From: Microcystis aeruginosa NIES-843 | Lineage (GTDB): Bacteria; Cyanobacteriota; Cyanobacteriia; Cyanobacteriales; Microcystaceae | Assembly: GCF_000010625.1 (NCBI RefSeq) | Contig: NC_010296.1 | Location: 3,870,001-3,902,000 of the forward strand | Direction of reading: 5' to 3' | DNA length: 32,000 bases | Part shown: positions 16,138 through 24,452 of the stretch, piece by piece | How positions within the stretch are numbered: position 1 is the first letter of the stretch | How the letters are laid out: the number at the start of each line of letters is the position of its first letter | Program-made: the position numbers and the translations under genes | Notes under the pieces: model-generated | Told to the model about the DNA's origin: nothing | What the model saw: only the letters and a program-made list of their open reading frames with translations | Databases searched by the model: none

Positions 16138-16261
16138 TCGATGATGATGCGCCAATTATAGATAAAAGCCTATGGTAAAGGTAGGACAAAAAATATTCAC
16201 AAAATTTTACAAAGTCGCATAAAATGAACACATAACGAAATAGGTATTTTTTCTTACTGCC

Positions 16262-17923
16262 ATGCTAACGGCTAACTTCCCCTGGCTCAGTGCCATCATT
16301 TTGCTCCCCTTGCTTGCCTCCTTCCTGATCCCTGTAATCCCCGACAAAGAAGGAAAAACCGTTCGTTGGTTCGCTCTTGGAGTCGGACTAGCAGACTTTA
16401 TATTAATGTGCTACGTCTTTTTACAAAAATATGATTTAAGCAACCCCAACCTACAATTAGTGGAAAAAATCGATTGGGTTCCCCAAATTGGTTTAAGTTG
16501 GGCGGTGTCGGTGGATGGTATATCGGCACCGTTAGTTTTATTAGCAGGATTGGTGACAACCCTTTCTATCTTGGCCGCGTGGCAAGTGGACCGCAAACCC
16601 CGTTTATTCTACTTCCTGATGCTGTTGCTCTACGCCGCTCAGATTGGTGTTTTCGTCGCCCAAGACTTATTATTATTCTTTTTAATGTGGGAAATCGAGT
16701 TAATTCCCGTTTATCTACTCGTTTCCATCTGGGGTGGTCAAAAACGTCGTTATGCCGCCACTAAATTCTTACTCTACACCGCCGCCGCTTCTATCTTCAT
16801 CCTCGTTGCCGGTCTAGCCATGGCCCTTTACGGTGGTGGTGCAATGACCTTTGATATGGCGGAATTAGGATTTAAAGATTATCCCCTCGCTTTAGAATTA
16901 GTCCTTTACGCTGGTTTATTAATCGCTTTCGGGGTCAAACTCGCCATCTTCCCCCTCCATACTTGGCTCCCCGATGCTCACGGTGAAGCTTCTGCACCTG
17001 TATCGATGATTCTCGCTGGTGTTCTCCTCAAAATGGGTGGTTATGGTTTAATCCGTCTTAATATGGGGCTTCTACCCGATGCACACATCTACTTTGCCCC
17101 GATTCTAGCGATTCTCGGTGTCGTTAATATTATCTACGGTGCTTTCGCTTCCTTCGGTCAACAAAACATGAAACGCCGTCTCGCTTATTCCTCGGTTTCA
17201 CACATGGGATTCGTCCTTTTAGGGATTGCTTCCTTTACCGATGTGGGTATTAGCGGTGCTATGTTACAAATGCTCTCCCACGGTTTAATTGCCGCCGTCC
17301 TATTCTTCCTTGCCGGTGTCACCTACGACCGCACCCATACCTTAGCTTTAAACGAGATGGGTGGGATTGCCCAAGCGATGCCGAAAGTCTTCGCTCTCTT
17401 TACTGCCGGCGCCATGGCTTCCCTAGCGTTACCCGGAATGAGCGGTTTTGCCAGTGAAATTACTGTATTCATCGGTGTCACTAGCAGTGACGTTTATAGC
17501 CAAACCTTCCGGGTTGTGACTGTCTTCCTCGCTTCCGTTGGTTTAATCCTTACCCCGATTTATCTACTCTCCATGCTTCGTCAAGTTTTCTACGGAGATG
17601 GTTCTTCCTGCGATATTACTAACATTCTCCCCAACAAAAGTAACGAACAGGCAGTTTGTTTTGGTACTAGCTGTGTCCTCCCTCATGAATCAGAATATAG
17701 TGACGCTAAACCCAGAGAAATCTTTATCGCTGTCTCTTTCCTCGCTTTGATTGTCGCTATCGGTTTCTATCCCCAACTGGCTACCCGTATCTACGATGTG
17801 AAAACGGTGGCAGTTAACTCGGAAGTGCGTCAAGCGTACACAGAAATCGCCGCCACTCGTCAAAATATCTACGCTGAAACTCAACCGGACGTAAGCGCCA
17901 AGGTTGCCAGTATCTTCCAATAA
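16262..17923 (+). CDS. ndhD: NAD(P)H-quinone oxidoreductase subunit 4 (NDH-1 NdhD)
   Basis: [13 protein letters not shown]...[12 protein letters not shown]...[18 protein letters not shown]...[16 protein letters not shown]...[11 protein letters not shown] is a NuoM/NdhD signature. Confidence 0.93.
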   Translation: MLTANFPWLSAIILLPLLASFLIPVIPDKEGKTVRWFALGVGLADFILMCYVFLQKYDLSNPNLQLVEKIDWVPQIGLSWAVSVDGISAPLVLLAGLVTTLSILAAWQVDRKPRLFYFLMLLLYAAQIGVFVAQDLLLFFLMWEIELIPVYLLVSIWGGQKRRYAATKFLLYTAAASIFILVAGLAMALYGGGAMTFDMAELGFKDYPLALELVLYAGLLIAFGVKLAIFPLHTWLPDAHGEASAPVSMILAGVLLKMGGYGLIRLNMGLLPDAHIYFAPILAILGVVNIIYGAFASFGQQNMKRRLAYSSVSHMGFVLLGIASFTDVGISGAMLQMLSHGLIAAVLFFLAGVTYDRTHTLALNEMGGIAQAMPKVFALFTAGAMASLALPGMSGFASEITVFIGVTSSDVYSQTFRVVTVFLASVGLILTPIYLLSMLRQVFYGDGSSCDITNILPNKSNEQAVCFGTSCVLPHESEYSDAKPREIFIAVSFLALIVAIGFYPQLATRIYDVKTVAVNSEVRQAYTEIAATRQNIYAETQPDVSAKVASIFQ

Positions 17924-17952
17924 ATTGGCAAGTCTAAAGTGAATAGGTTATC

Positions 17953-17984
17953 GGGAGTAGAAATTCTGCTCCTGATTTTTTTTT
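17953..17984 (+). terminator. rho-independent terminator of ndhD
   Basis: Stem GGGAGTAG / CTGCTCC (7 pairs including one G-U), loop AAATT, followed by TGATTTTTTTTT. Confidence 0.7.
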
Positions 17985-17991
17985 GCGAGGA

Positions 17992-18216
17992 GATAATACC
18001 AAATCCTGTTTAATACTAAATCCGGTTATTAAAAACTGATTATTTATTCCCCCTTTTGCCTTTTGCATGAGTGCCTTTTGCCTGTCCTGATATGTAGCCT
18101 ATACTCAACGGATTTAGTATAAAAGGTATAGGAGAGTGGGGAGCGCCGGAGCTGCGGAGCGGGGAGAAACAATCCATAACTTGGGAGTTAATCACACTAT
18201 TAAAAAGGGATTTATA
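17992..18216 (+). mobile_element. MITE family 2, type B copy, interrupted by a nested type A copy
   Basis: 17992-18012 plus 18121-18216 align with 25033-25145 (AAAAGGTATAGGAGAGT...GGGGA.AAACAATC.ATAACTTGG.AGTTAATCACACTATTAAAAA.GGATTT). Confidence 0.7.
18013..18120 (+). mobile_element. MITE family 2, type A copy 1 (108 bp)
   Basis: ATACTAAATCCGG ... CGGATTTAGTAT terminal inverted repeat. It is near-identical to 18302-18409. Confidence 0.85.
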
Positions 18217-18301
18217 GTCATTTCAATTAAGATTGAGAATATCAATGCCAGAGTTCATAAGGGTTTTATCGGTCTAGATTGTATCAGACCTATCTGAAAT
18301 G

Positions 18302-18409
18302 ATACTAAATCTGGTTATTAAAGACTGATTATTTATCACCCCTTTTGCTTTTTGCATTAGTGCCTTTTGCCTGTCCTGATATGTAGCCTATACTCAACGG
18401 ATTTAGTAT
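18302..18409 (+). mobile_element. MITE family 2, type A copy 2
   Basis: ATACTAAATCTGG ... CGGATTTAGTAT; it aligns along its full length with 18013-18120. Confidence 0.85.
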
Positions 18410-18636
18410 AACTTCTGCTGATCACCATAAGTGAGAGAAAGTCACAAATATGAGATACACCCGATTGATAGTGAACACTCATTATATATTAATAAACATA
18501 AATAAATATGAAGTAATTTAAGTTTCAAGAAGAATGAACCCGATCTTTTTTACGATGGGGGTAAAAGTGATTTTCAATTTCTCAGGTTGAAAGATGAATC
18601 CAGATTAAGCTATCTCAACGATAAGAGGACAAGCCA

Positions 18637-18831
18637 ATGTTTGAAGATTTTACCTATATTACCGATGAGGCTTTTTTAGAGAATTATTGGTGGGAAGAAA
18701 AAGTTATCTGTCCCCACTGCCAGGGCAAAGGAAGAATCTATCTAGAGACGGAGAATGAATCCGTCCCCTGTAAATTCTGTGAGGGTAAAGGCATTATTAA
18801 ACGAAAACAAGAGGAAGCTAACTATTCCTAA
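18637..18831 (+). CDS. 64-aa protein with two DnaJ-type CxxCxGxG zinc-finger motifs
   Basis: The motifs are CPHCQGKG and CKFCEGKG, 16 residues apart. AAGAGGA lies 8-10 nt upstream of the ATG. Confidence 0.6.
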   Translation: MFEDFTYITDEAFLENYWWEEKVICPHCQGKGRIYLETENESVPCKFCEGKGIIKRKQEEANYS

Positions 18832-18857
18832 AAATCTGTATAATTAGATACCATACA

Positions 18858-19274
18858 TTAAAAATATTCTTGAGTTAAAACCTCTGGCTGACATTGTTTA
18901 ATTTCGCTGTTAATTCCCAGGGCAGATTCCGATTGGAGGTCTTCGATATAACCGGATTGATGGGATAAAGCTTCCGAAAAACTCTCAAAAGGACCGAAAT
19001 AATAGAGACATTTCGGCTGAGTGGTGGTGATCTCTATCCACCAAGGTTGAGGTGGTAAACTAGGCTTAATCGGGGCAGTTTCTGGGTCAAGAGGCCTTAT
19101 ACTGAGAATCTTGGCCCCTTGGCGCAGGAGGCGCTGTGTTTCTTGACTCATGCGGCTTTTAGGTACTCGCAGGACTGTCCGGGAGAAGCGTTGAGGCAAA
19201 GAGCCAGAAGAACCGGAAAAAACAACTTCATAGAGAAATATTTGATTCTCTCCCTGATTATTAGCCTCTAGCAT
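18858..19274 (-). CDS. CpcD-like phycobilisome-linker domain fused to a DUF1816-like domain
   Basis: The N-terminal half IFLYEVV...RTVLRVPKSRMSQETQRLLRQGAKILSIRP parallels CpcD (VFVYEV...VPYARMNDEMRRISRLGGTIVNIRP). The C-terminal half WWIEITTTQPKCLYYFGPFESFSEALSHQSGYIEDLQSE fits the DUF1816 pattern as I remember it. Confidence 0.75.
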   Translation of the reverse strand: MLEANNQGENQIFLYEVVFSGSSGSLPQRFSRTVLRVPKSRMSQETQRLLRQGAKILSIRPLDPETAPIKPSLPPQPWWIEITTTQPKCLYYFGPFESFSEALSHQSGYIEDLQSESALGINSEIKQCQPEVLTQEYF

Positions 19275-19505
19275 ACAGAAAAGATTCTCTTTTAAGGGTA
19301 AGGGTTAAAAAACAGACGCTACTTTGAGCAGATGACTCAAGCAAAATCATCTCCTAACAGAGTAGCGCATCTTGATACGATAGTATAGAGCGGCAAAAAG
19401 TTAGGTTTTGACCTACTCTCCCCTCACAGCATAGCTTGACGAGAGATTCTTCAACAAGAAGAACCCGATAGAGTTCTTTATGATGCTGTAGCCGAATCTA
19501 GGTCT

Positions 19506-19600
19506 TTTATCTTAATGGTGAGGTACAAAGTTTTTGTTTTTTGGAGTCGGTGGTCGATGCCAAATCCTCTTATACTTCATATTTATGAGAAACCATGTCA
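19506..19600 (+). repeat. ~100-bp intergenic repeat, copy 2 (see 8161-8265)
   Basis: TTTATCTTAATGGTGAGGTACAAAGTTTTTGTTTTTTGGAGTCGGTGGTCGATGCCAAAT...ACTTCATATTTATGAGAAA. Its 3' end abuts the TA of MITE-1 copy 4. Confidence 0.7.
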
Positions 19601-19603
19601 ATA

Positions 19604-19812
19604 GGGTTTGCGGCAAAAAGTTTTTCCTAGGGGTAGGGTGTGGGGGTGGGGTATAGGGTGTAGGGTTTTCCCCATTTTTAGGTGGTCAATTACCTAATTT
19701 TCAGGGAAAAAGTCCCTAAATTTTCCCACCGAACAATCCAATGGCTGGCACTTTTTGATTTCAAAAAGACCAAAAGATATTAGCCAACAAGGTTTTTATA
19801 TTTCTGCATCAA
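19604..19812 (-). mobile_element. MITE family 1, copy 4 (most diverged; right terminus degenerate)
   Basis: TA 19602-19603, then GGGTTTGCGGCAAAAAG. A degenerate G-run block lies at 19630-19665. The expected terminus is replaced by ...TTTATATTTCTGCATC. Confidence 0.7.
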
Positions 19813-19854
19813 TCTCTCAATAATATTGACAACAAATAGAGTTTTTTAACAAAT

Positions 19855-20961
19855 ATGCAGCCACCAAAATTAAGCTTAGGAACCAGATTATTTTTATCCC
19901 ATCTCCTCGTTATGGTGGTGGGATTGAGTAGCTTTATTATCATTGCTAAATTATCTTCTCCGCGAATGTTTGTTTTGCGTTTGGAACAGTTAGAAAGGCA
20001 GGGATTTTTTACCGTGCGATCAGCGAGAACTTTCTTGGTTAGGGGTTTTGAGACAGCTTGGGATAGTAGTGCCATTTGGTCATTCATTGCGGGAGGAAGT
20101 ACGGCTGGTTATCTGAGTTTTTTGGTTTCTCAACGCATTATGAAACCGGTCAAACAAATGAAACAAATCACTAAAAATTTTGCTGAAGGGGATTTATCGG
20201 CGCGAGTTCCAGAAAGCGAAATCCCAGAATTAAATCAATTAGCCATCAGTTTTAATCAGATGGCGATTAGTTTAGCCGATGTGGAAAAACGGCGCCAGGA
20301 ATTAATCGGTGATCTTACCCACGAATTACGCACCCCTTTAACTGTGGTACGGGGATATTTAGAAGAATTAGCCGATGGTGCGATCAAACCTAATCCAGAA
20401 CTTTATCAGAAATTAGTGAAAGAAACCCGCAGGTTAGAACGTTTAACCCACGATCTACAGGAGCTATCGCGAGCGGAATCTGGTTATCTCTCGATTAAAC
20501 TGCAACCTGTTAATTTATTACCTTTGTTAAATTCTCTCATCGAAAAATTTGCCGATCAATTATTAGAAGATGGGCCGACTTTACAGTTAGATTGTCCCCC
20601 CAATTTACCATCTGTCATGGCCGATCCCGATCGCCTCGAACAAATCTTAGTTAATCTGCTCGGTAATGCCATTCGTTACACCGATAATGGTGCAATTACC
20701 CTGCAAGTGACAAGGGACAAAAATCGCCTACAAATTGCCGTTATCGATACAGGAATTGGCATCGCAGCAGAGGATTTACCCTTTATTTTCGAGCGCTTTT
20801 GGCGGGCCGATCGTTCTCGTTCCCGTTATTCTGGGGGTAGTGGTATTGGTTTAGCGATTACCCGTCGTTTAGTGGAATTACACCAAAGTCAAATCGAGGT
20901 GGAAAGTGAATTAGGTAAAGGCAGCACTTTCCGTTTTTCCCTAGCAATATCGGCCAATTGA
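19855..20961 (+). CDS. two-component sensor histidine kinase (2 TM, HAMP, HisKA, HATPase_c)
   Basis: The H-box is THELRTPLT, the N-box LLGNAIRYT, G1 DTGIGI and G2 GGSGIGLAI. No response-regulator gene is adjacent. Confidence 0.9.
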   Translation: MQPPKLSLGTRLFLSHLLVMVVGLSSFIIIAKLSSPRMFVLRLEQLERQGFFTVRSARTFLVRGFETAWDSSAIWSFIAGGSTAGYLSFLVSQRIMKPVKQMKQITKNFAEGDLSARVPESEIPELNQLAISFNQMAISLADVEKRRQELIGDLTHELRTPLTVVRGYLEELADGAIKPNPELYQKLVKETRRLERLTHDLQELSRAESGYLSIKLQPVNLLPLLNSLIEKFADQLLEDGPTLQLDCPPNLPSVMADPDRLEQILVNLLGNAIRYTDNGAITLQVTRDKNRLQIAVIDTGIGIAAEDLPFIFERFWRADRSRSRYSGGSGIGLAITRRLVELHQSQIEVESELGKGSTFRFSLAISAN

Positions 20962-21012
20962 GAGATGGGGATTTTTCAGTGAACAGTAAACAGTAATCAG
21001 TGAACTGAAAAC

Positions 21013-21198
21013 GGTTCTTCGTTACTTAGTATGGTTCGATAGGGGGGCATAAATCGACTAAATCCTTATCTGGCAAGGGATTTAATTGATTAGTTCGCTC
21101 TAGATCGAAAACAATTAACAAAAATCGCCAAATGTCTTTCTCTATAAGAGTTTCATTTTTTGTAACCCTGTACGTTGCATAAGACAAACCGAAGAACC
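21013..21198. mobile_element. 186-bp MITE (family 5) with apparent 8-bp target duplication
   Basis: The TIR is GGTTCTTCG (21013-21021) and CGAAGAACC (21190-21198). It is flanked by the direct repeat CTGAAAAC at 21005-21012 and 21199-21206. Confidence 0.7.
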
Positions 21199-21213
21199 CT
21201 GAAAACTAACATC

Positions 21214-21258
21214 TGATCAGTGATCACTGATAACTGATCACTGATAACTGATCACTGA
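21214..21258. repeat. heptamer tandem array (TGATCAG/TGATCAC/TGATAAC) abutting the mutL stop
   Basis: tgatcag tgatcac tgataac tgatcac tgataac tgatcac tgat, read directly. A 14-mer TGATCACTGATAAC is repeated 2.8 times. Confidence 0.9.
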
Positions 21259-22914
21259 TTAAATGCCGTGACTTTTGCCGATAACCCAATGACGACGGAA
21301 GAAGCGAGCGAGCGAGGTTTCTTCTAAGGATAAGTAAATCGGTCTTCCGTGGGGACAGGTGCGGGGATTACGGGTATTTTGCCAATCATCGAGTAAATTC
21401 TGCATTTCTTTTAAACTTAAAGCTGTACCGTTGCGGATAGCACTCCGGCAAGCGGTAGCAACCTGAGCGGTTTGTAAATCCCCCCCTAAACTTAATTCTA
21501 GTAAAGCATCAGCCCGATCCTCGCGTTCTTTGAGTAGAACAGGAATACTACGAATTGCCCAAGAGCGATCGCCAAAACTAGCAATTTCTAATCCTAAACG
21601 TTGTAATTGTTCGATTTGTCGAGTAGTTAACTGATTTAAGATGATCGGAGTATCTAACGGCACGATTTCCCAGTTATCCTCTAAACGTTCGTACAAAACC
21701 CGCTCATGGGCAATATGTTGTTCGACTAACCATAATCCGTGAGGATGTTCGGCAACTATGTAAGTTTGGTGAATTTGGGCTACTGCCTTTAATTCCAGCC
21801 GATTTTTCGGGGATTTCTCCCCTATTGTATAGGTGCTTTTTTCTTCGGCAGCCTTGAGAATTTGACTGACGCGCTGATTTTGCGCTTTTTCGGGTATATG
21901 TTCGGGATTTAGTCCTAACGCCTTGTCTATGGCTGAAATTATCTGTTCTTGCCAAAAAATGAGGTTATGCAGGTATATTTCCGCTTTGGCTGGGTGACGA
22001 TTCCAATCGATCGAACGAGGGTTAAGATGTAGATGGAGAAAACAAACGGGATAGCGATCTTTAGGGACTGTGCGAGCGAAAGCTTCAAATATTGCCTGTT
22101 CTAACTCCGATGAGCGCACCATTCGCCCATTAACAGCAATTCTAACCCAATCTGGTTGATGGCGAGAAATGCGATCGGGCAAACCAATGACCAATTCAAT
22201 TTGAGCAGATTCTGCGTCAGGAGTCGTTAAGTCAAGTTTTAGGGATGCTAAATCGTTAAAATGCAGAGATTTAACTAATTGGGGTAATATTTGACTGGCA
22301 TCCTTACCCGGACTAATGCGTAACCAATCTTGATGATCTTGAAAAACCTGCCAAGTAATTTGGGGATGACAGAGAGCAAAATTATGAATTAAAGTCTGTA
22401 TATCCTTTAATTGTTTGTTAATTGACGGTAAAGCTTGACGACGCACGGGAAAGTTACCAAAGAGATTCTCTACCGTGACGATAGTGCCGATAGCTATAGG
22501 AATCGTTTCTAAATTACCCGGCTCGCCTTGGTGATTGTAAAGACAATAACAACCTAAATCATCGTCATGGCGACTGGCAACCCGCAGATGCGCCACCTGT
22601 GCGATACTGTGCAAAGCTTCACCACGGAATCCGAGACTGGTAATCTGCCAAAGATCGTCCCGTTGGCGGATTTTGCTGGTACTGTGGGCATAGCTACACA
22701 GTTGCAAATCTTCTCTAGACATTCCCCTGCCGTTATCCGATACTTGTATTCGCCAGTTTTGGGGAGATATATCGATGGTAATCCTATCTGCCCCCGCATC
22801 AATGGCATTTTCGACTAATTCTCGCACCACAGCGCCTAAAGAGTCGATTACCTCTCCTGCGGCAATTAAATCGATTACGTCTTGGGGTAAAACTTGTATG
22901 GGCAAGGTCATCAA
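21259..22914 (-). CDS. mutL: DNA mismatch repair endonuclease MutL
   Basis: The N-terminal GHKL ATPase reads IAAGEVIDSLGAVVRELVENAIDAGA. The C-terminal endonuclease motif is EQHIAHERVLYE, and CPHGRP is present. Confidence 0.93.
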   Translation of the reverse strand: MMTLPIQVLPQDVIDLIAAGEVIDSLGAVVRELVENAIDAGADRITIDISPQNWRIQVSDNGRGMSREDLQLCSYAHSTSKIRQRDDLWQITSLGFRGEALHSIAQVAHLRVASRHDDDLGCYCLYNHQGEPGNLETIPIAIGTIVTVENLFGNFPVRRQALPSINKQLKDIQTLIHNFALCHPQITWQVFQDHQDWLRISPGKDASQILPQLVKSLHFNDLASLKLDLTTPDAESAQIELVIGLPDRISRHQPDWVRIAVNGRMVRSSELEQAIFEAFARTVPKDRYPVCFLHLHLNPRSIDWNRHPAKAEIYLHNLIFWQEQIISAIDKALGLNPEHIPEKAQNQRVSQILKAAEEKSTYTIGEKSPKNRLELKAVAQIHQTYIVAEHPHGLWLVEQHIAHERVLYERLEDNWEIVPLDTPIILNQLTTRQIEQLQRLGLEIASFGDRSWAIRSIPVLLKEREDRADALLELSLGGDLQTAQVATACRSAIRNGTALSLKEMQNLLDDWQNTRNPRTCPHGRPIYLSLEETSLARFFRRHWVIGKSHGI

Positions 22915-22923
22915 TTAATGGTT

Positions 22924-23064
22924 TTAGCCAAGGGCAAACTCGGTATATTGTCGCACATGGGGCCCATGGTAAGCTAAAACGATGTCTTGTTTGGGGACTC
23001 CCCTAGCTACCAATTTATCAGCGATCGCTGCTGCCGTGCCGTCCTGCTGCACTCAGATTTTATC
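22924..23064 (-). pseudogene. xisI: xisI-family gene, 3' fragment (with in-frame TGA at the conserved Trp codon)
   Basis: The minus frame reads DKI*VQQDGTAAAIADKLVARGVPKQDIVLAYHGPHVRQYTEFALG*. This matches the XisI C-terminal pattern (..GKIWIQ.DGTE..IA.EL...GVPK.DIVL.F......T.FAV). The TGA is at 23053-23055. Confidence 0.75.
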
Positions 23065-23204
23065 TCAAATGTCGGGGTGAAGACCCTCGCACTTAGCGAC
23101 GGGATGAAACCCCGACCAATATAAAACAGCGAAGCACGACTAAAATCTTGACAATCTATGCTGTATAGGTTAAGACAAAATAAGTTGTTTGAGGTCGATA
23201 AGCA

Positions 23205-24413
23205 ATGATTGTCTTAGAAATGAAAGCCGTGGTCAAACCAAGTCAGTGTTCTGCCATAGATGAAGCTATTCGTACAGTACAATTCATCAGAAACAAAGCA
23301 TTAAGGCTTTGGATGGATGCCAAGAGGGAAGACAAAATCGATAAATATTCTCTCAATAAATATTGTGCAGTTCTCGCCAAACAGTTCAAGTTTGTCGATA
23401 CTCTAAATTCTACTGCTAGACAAGCATCGGCCGAACGAGCTTGGTCAGCTATTGCTCGTTTCTATGATAATTGTAAGAAAAAAATAAAAGGTAAAAAAGG
23501 CTATCCCAAGTTTCAGAAAAATAATCGTTCTGTGGAATATAAAAACTGTGGGTGGAAACTATCAGAGGATAGAAAGAAAATAACTTTCACAGATAAGAAA
23601 AACATTGGGACGGTTAAACTAAAAGGAACTAGAGACCTAAACTTTTATCCTATAGACCAAATTAAACGAGTTAGAATTGTTAAACGAGCGGATGGTTACT
23701 ATGTCCAATTCTGTCTAAGCGTTGATATTCGGGAATATGCTAAACCCCTAGAACCGACTAAAAGATGTGTAGGATTGGATGTAGGTTTAAAAGTTTTCTA
23801 CGCTAATAGTGATGGGGAAACGGTAGAAATACCGCAATACTATCGCCAGGCAGAAAAAAGATTAAATCGTTTGAATCGGAAAAAATCTAAAAAGTTTAGA
23901 AAAGGTCAACCTCAGTCAAACAACTACCAAAGGGCCAGAAAGAGGTATGCTAGAAAACATTTAAGAGTAAGTAGGCAACGTAAAGGCTTTGTCGAAAAAG
24001 AGGCATTGCGCGTCATTAAATCTAACGATTTCATAGCTTACGAAAACTTAAATATTCAAGGCATGGTAAAAAACTCTAAACTAGCCAAATCTATTAATGA
24101 TGTGGCTTGGTCAACTTTTCGGCAATGGTTAGAATATTTTGGCTTTAAATATGGTAAGGCTACGGTAGCAGTACCACCTCACAACACGAGTCAAAATTGC
24201 TCTAATTGTGGTCAAAAAGTACCTAAATCTCTATCTACAAGAACCCATATTTGTCCCCATTGTGGCTATGTAGAAGATAGAGATATTAACGCCGCTATCA
24301 ATATTCTGAAAAGAGGACTAAGTACGGTAGGGCATACCGAAACTAATATGCTTGGGGAGAGATTCCCTCTGGTTTGGTTGGATACGTCCTGTCAGATTAA
24401 GGAAACTCGATGA
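23205..24413 (+). CDS. tnpB: TnpB (RNA-guided endonuclease, IS1341-like), apparently intact
   Basis: RuvC-I is VGLDVGLK and RuvC-II is IAYENLN. The zinc finger is CSNCG...CPHCG and RuvC-III is EDRDINAAINI. Confidence 0.92.
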   Translation: MIVLEMKAVVKPSQCSAIDEAIRTVQFIRNKALRLWMDAKREDKIDKYSLNKYCAVLAKQFKFVDTLNSTARQASAERAWSAIARFYDNCKKKIKGKKGYPKFQKNNRSVEYKNCGWKLSEDRKKITFTDKKNIGTVKLKGTRDLNFYPIDQIKRVRIVKRADGYYVQFCLSVDIREYAKPLEPTKRCVGLDVGLKVFYANSDGETVEIPQYYRQAEKRLNRLNRKKSKKFRKGQPQSNNYQRARKRYARKHLRVSRQRKGFVEKEALRVIKSNDFIAYENLNIQGMVKNSKLAKSINDVAWSTFRQWLEYFGFKYGKATVAVPPHNTSQNCSNCGQKVPKSLSTRTHICPHCGYVEDRDINAAINILKRGLSTVGHTETNMLGERFPLVWLDTSCQIKETR

Positions 24414-24452
24414 ACCAAGAATCCCTCGCATAAGCGCGACGGGAGTGTCAAT
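24290..24452 (+). ncRNA. predicted omega-RNA scaffold of tnpB copy 3; 5' end not determinable
   Basis: Inference from TnpB biology plus the RE hairpin seen at 24423-24443. The guide would be the flank from 24453 (ATTAATAATATCAACCTG...). Confidence 0.4.

Larger units (their letters stand above)
23065..24452 (+). mobile_element. IS200/IS605-family tnpB-only element, copy 3 (boundaries +/- 2 nt)
   Basis: The boundaries are set by the two halves of xisI, which rejoin in frame when 23065-24452 is removed. The LE hairpins are GTCGGGG...CCCTCGC-ACTTA-GCGACGGG...CCCCGAC (23071-23115). The RE hairpin is CCCTCGC-ATAA-GCGCGACGGG (24423-24443), ending GTCAAT. Confidence 0.85.

Noticed and set aside
16411-16764. 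Antisense and alternative-frame ORFs inside ndhD. Similar shadows occur at 661-897, 1178-1492, 2456-2680, 5857-6072, 10472-10678, 11123-11341, 12537-12746, 15185-15400, 17690-17920, 21704-21955, 22554-22818, 26488-26670, 27369-27584, 28506-28847, 30887-31223, 31504-31692 and 31762-31989.
   Set aside because: Each lies within or against a longer ORF with clear family signatures. None has features of its own.
17992-18409. Repeated units considered as a possible CRISPR array
   Set aside because: The repeat units are ~108 bp with their own terminal inverted repeats, and copies occur elsewhere in the window (5495, 25033). There are no 25-40-bp repeat/spacer periodicity and no cas genes.
19809-20087. 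92-aa minus-strand ORF over the kinase 5' end
   Set aside because: It is antisense to a well-supported histidine-kinase gene and extends into the MITE. No supporting features were seen.
23053-23055. TGA in xisI as recoding (selenocysteine or Trp)
   Set aside because: The standard code is used by all other genes here. The same gene also carries the IS insertion and lacks a start codon, so a simple nonsense mutation in a pseudogene is the sparing explanation.
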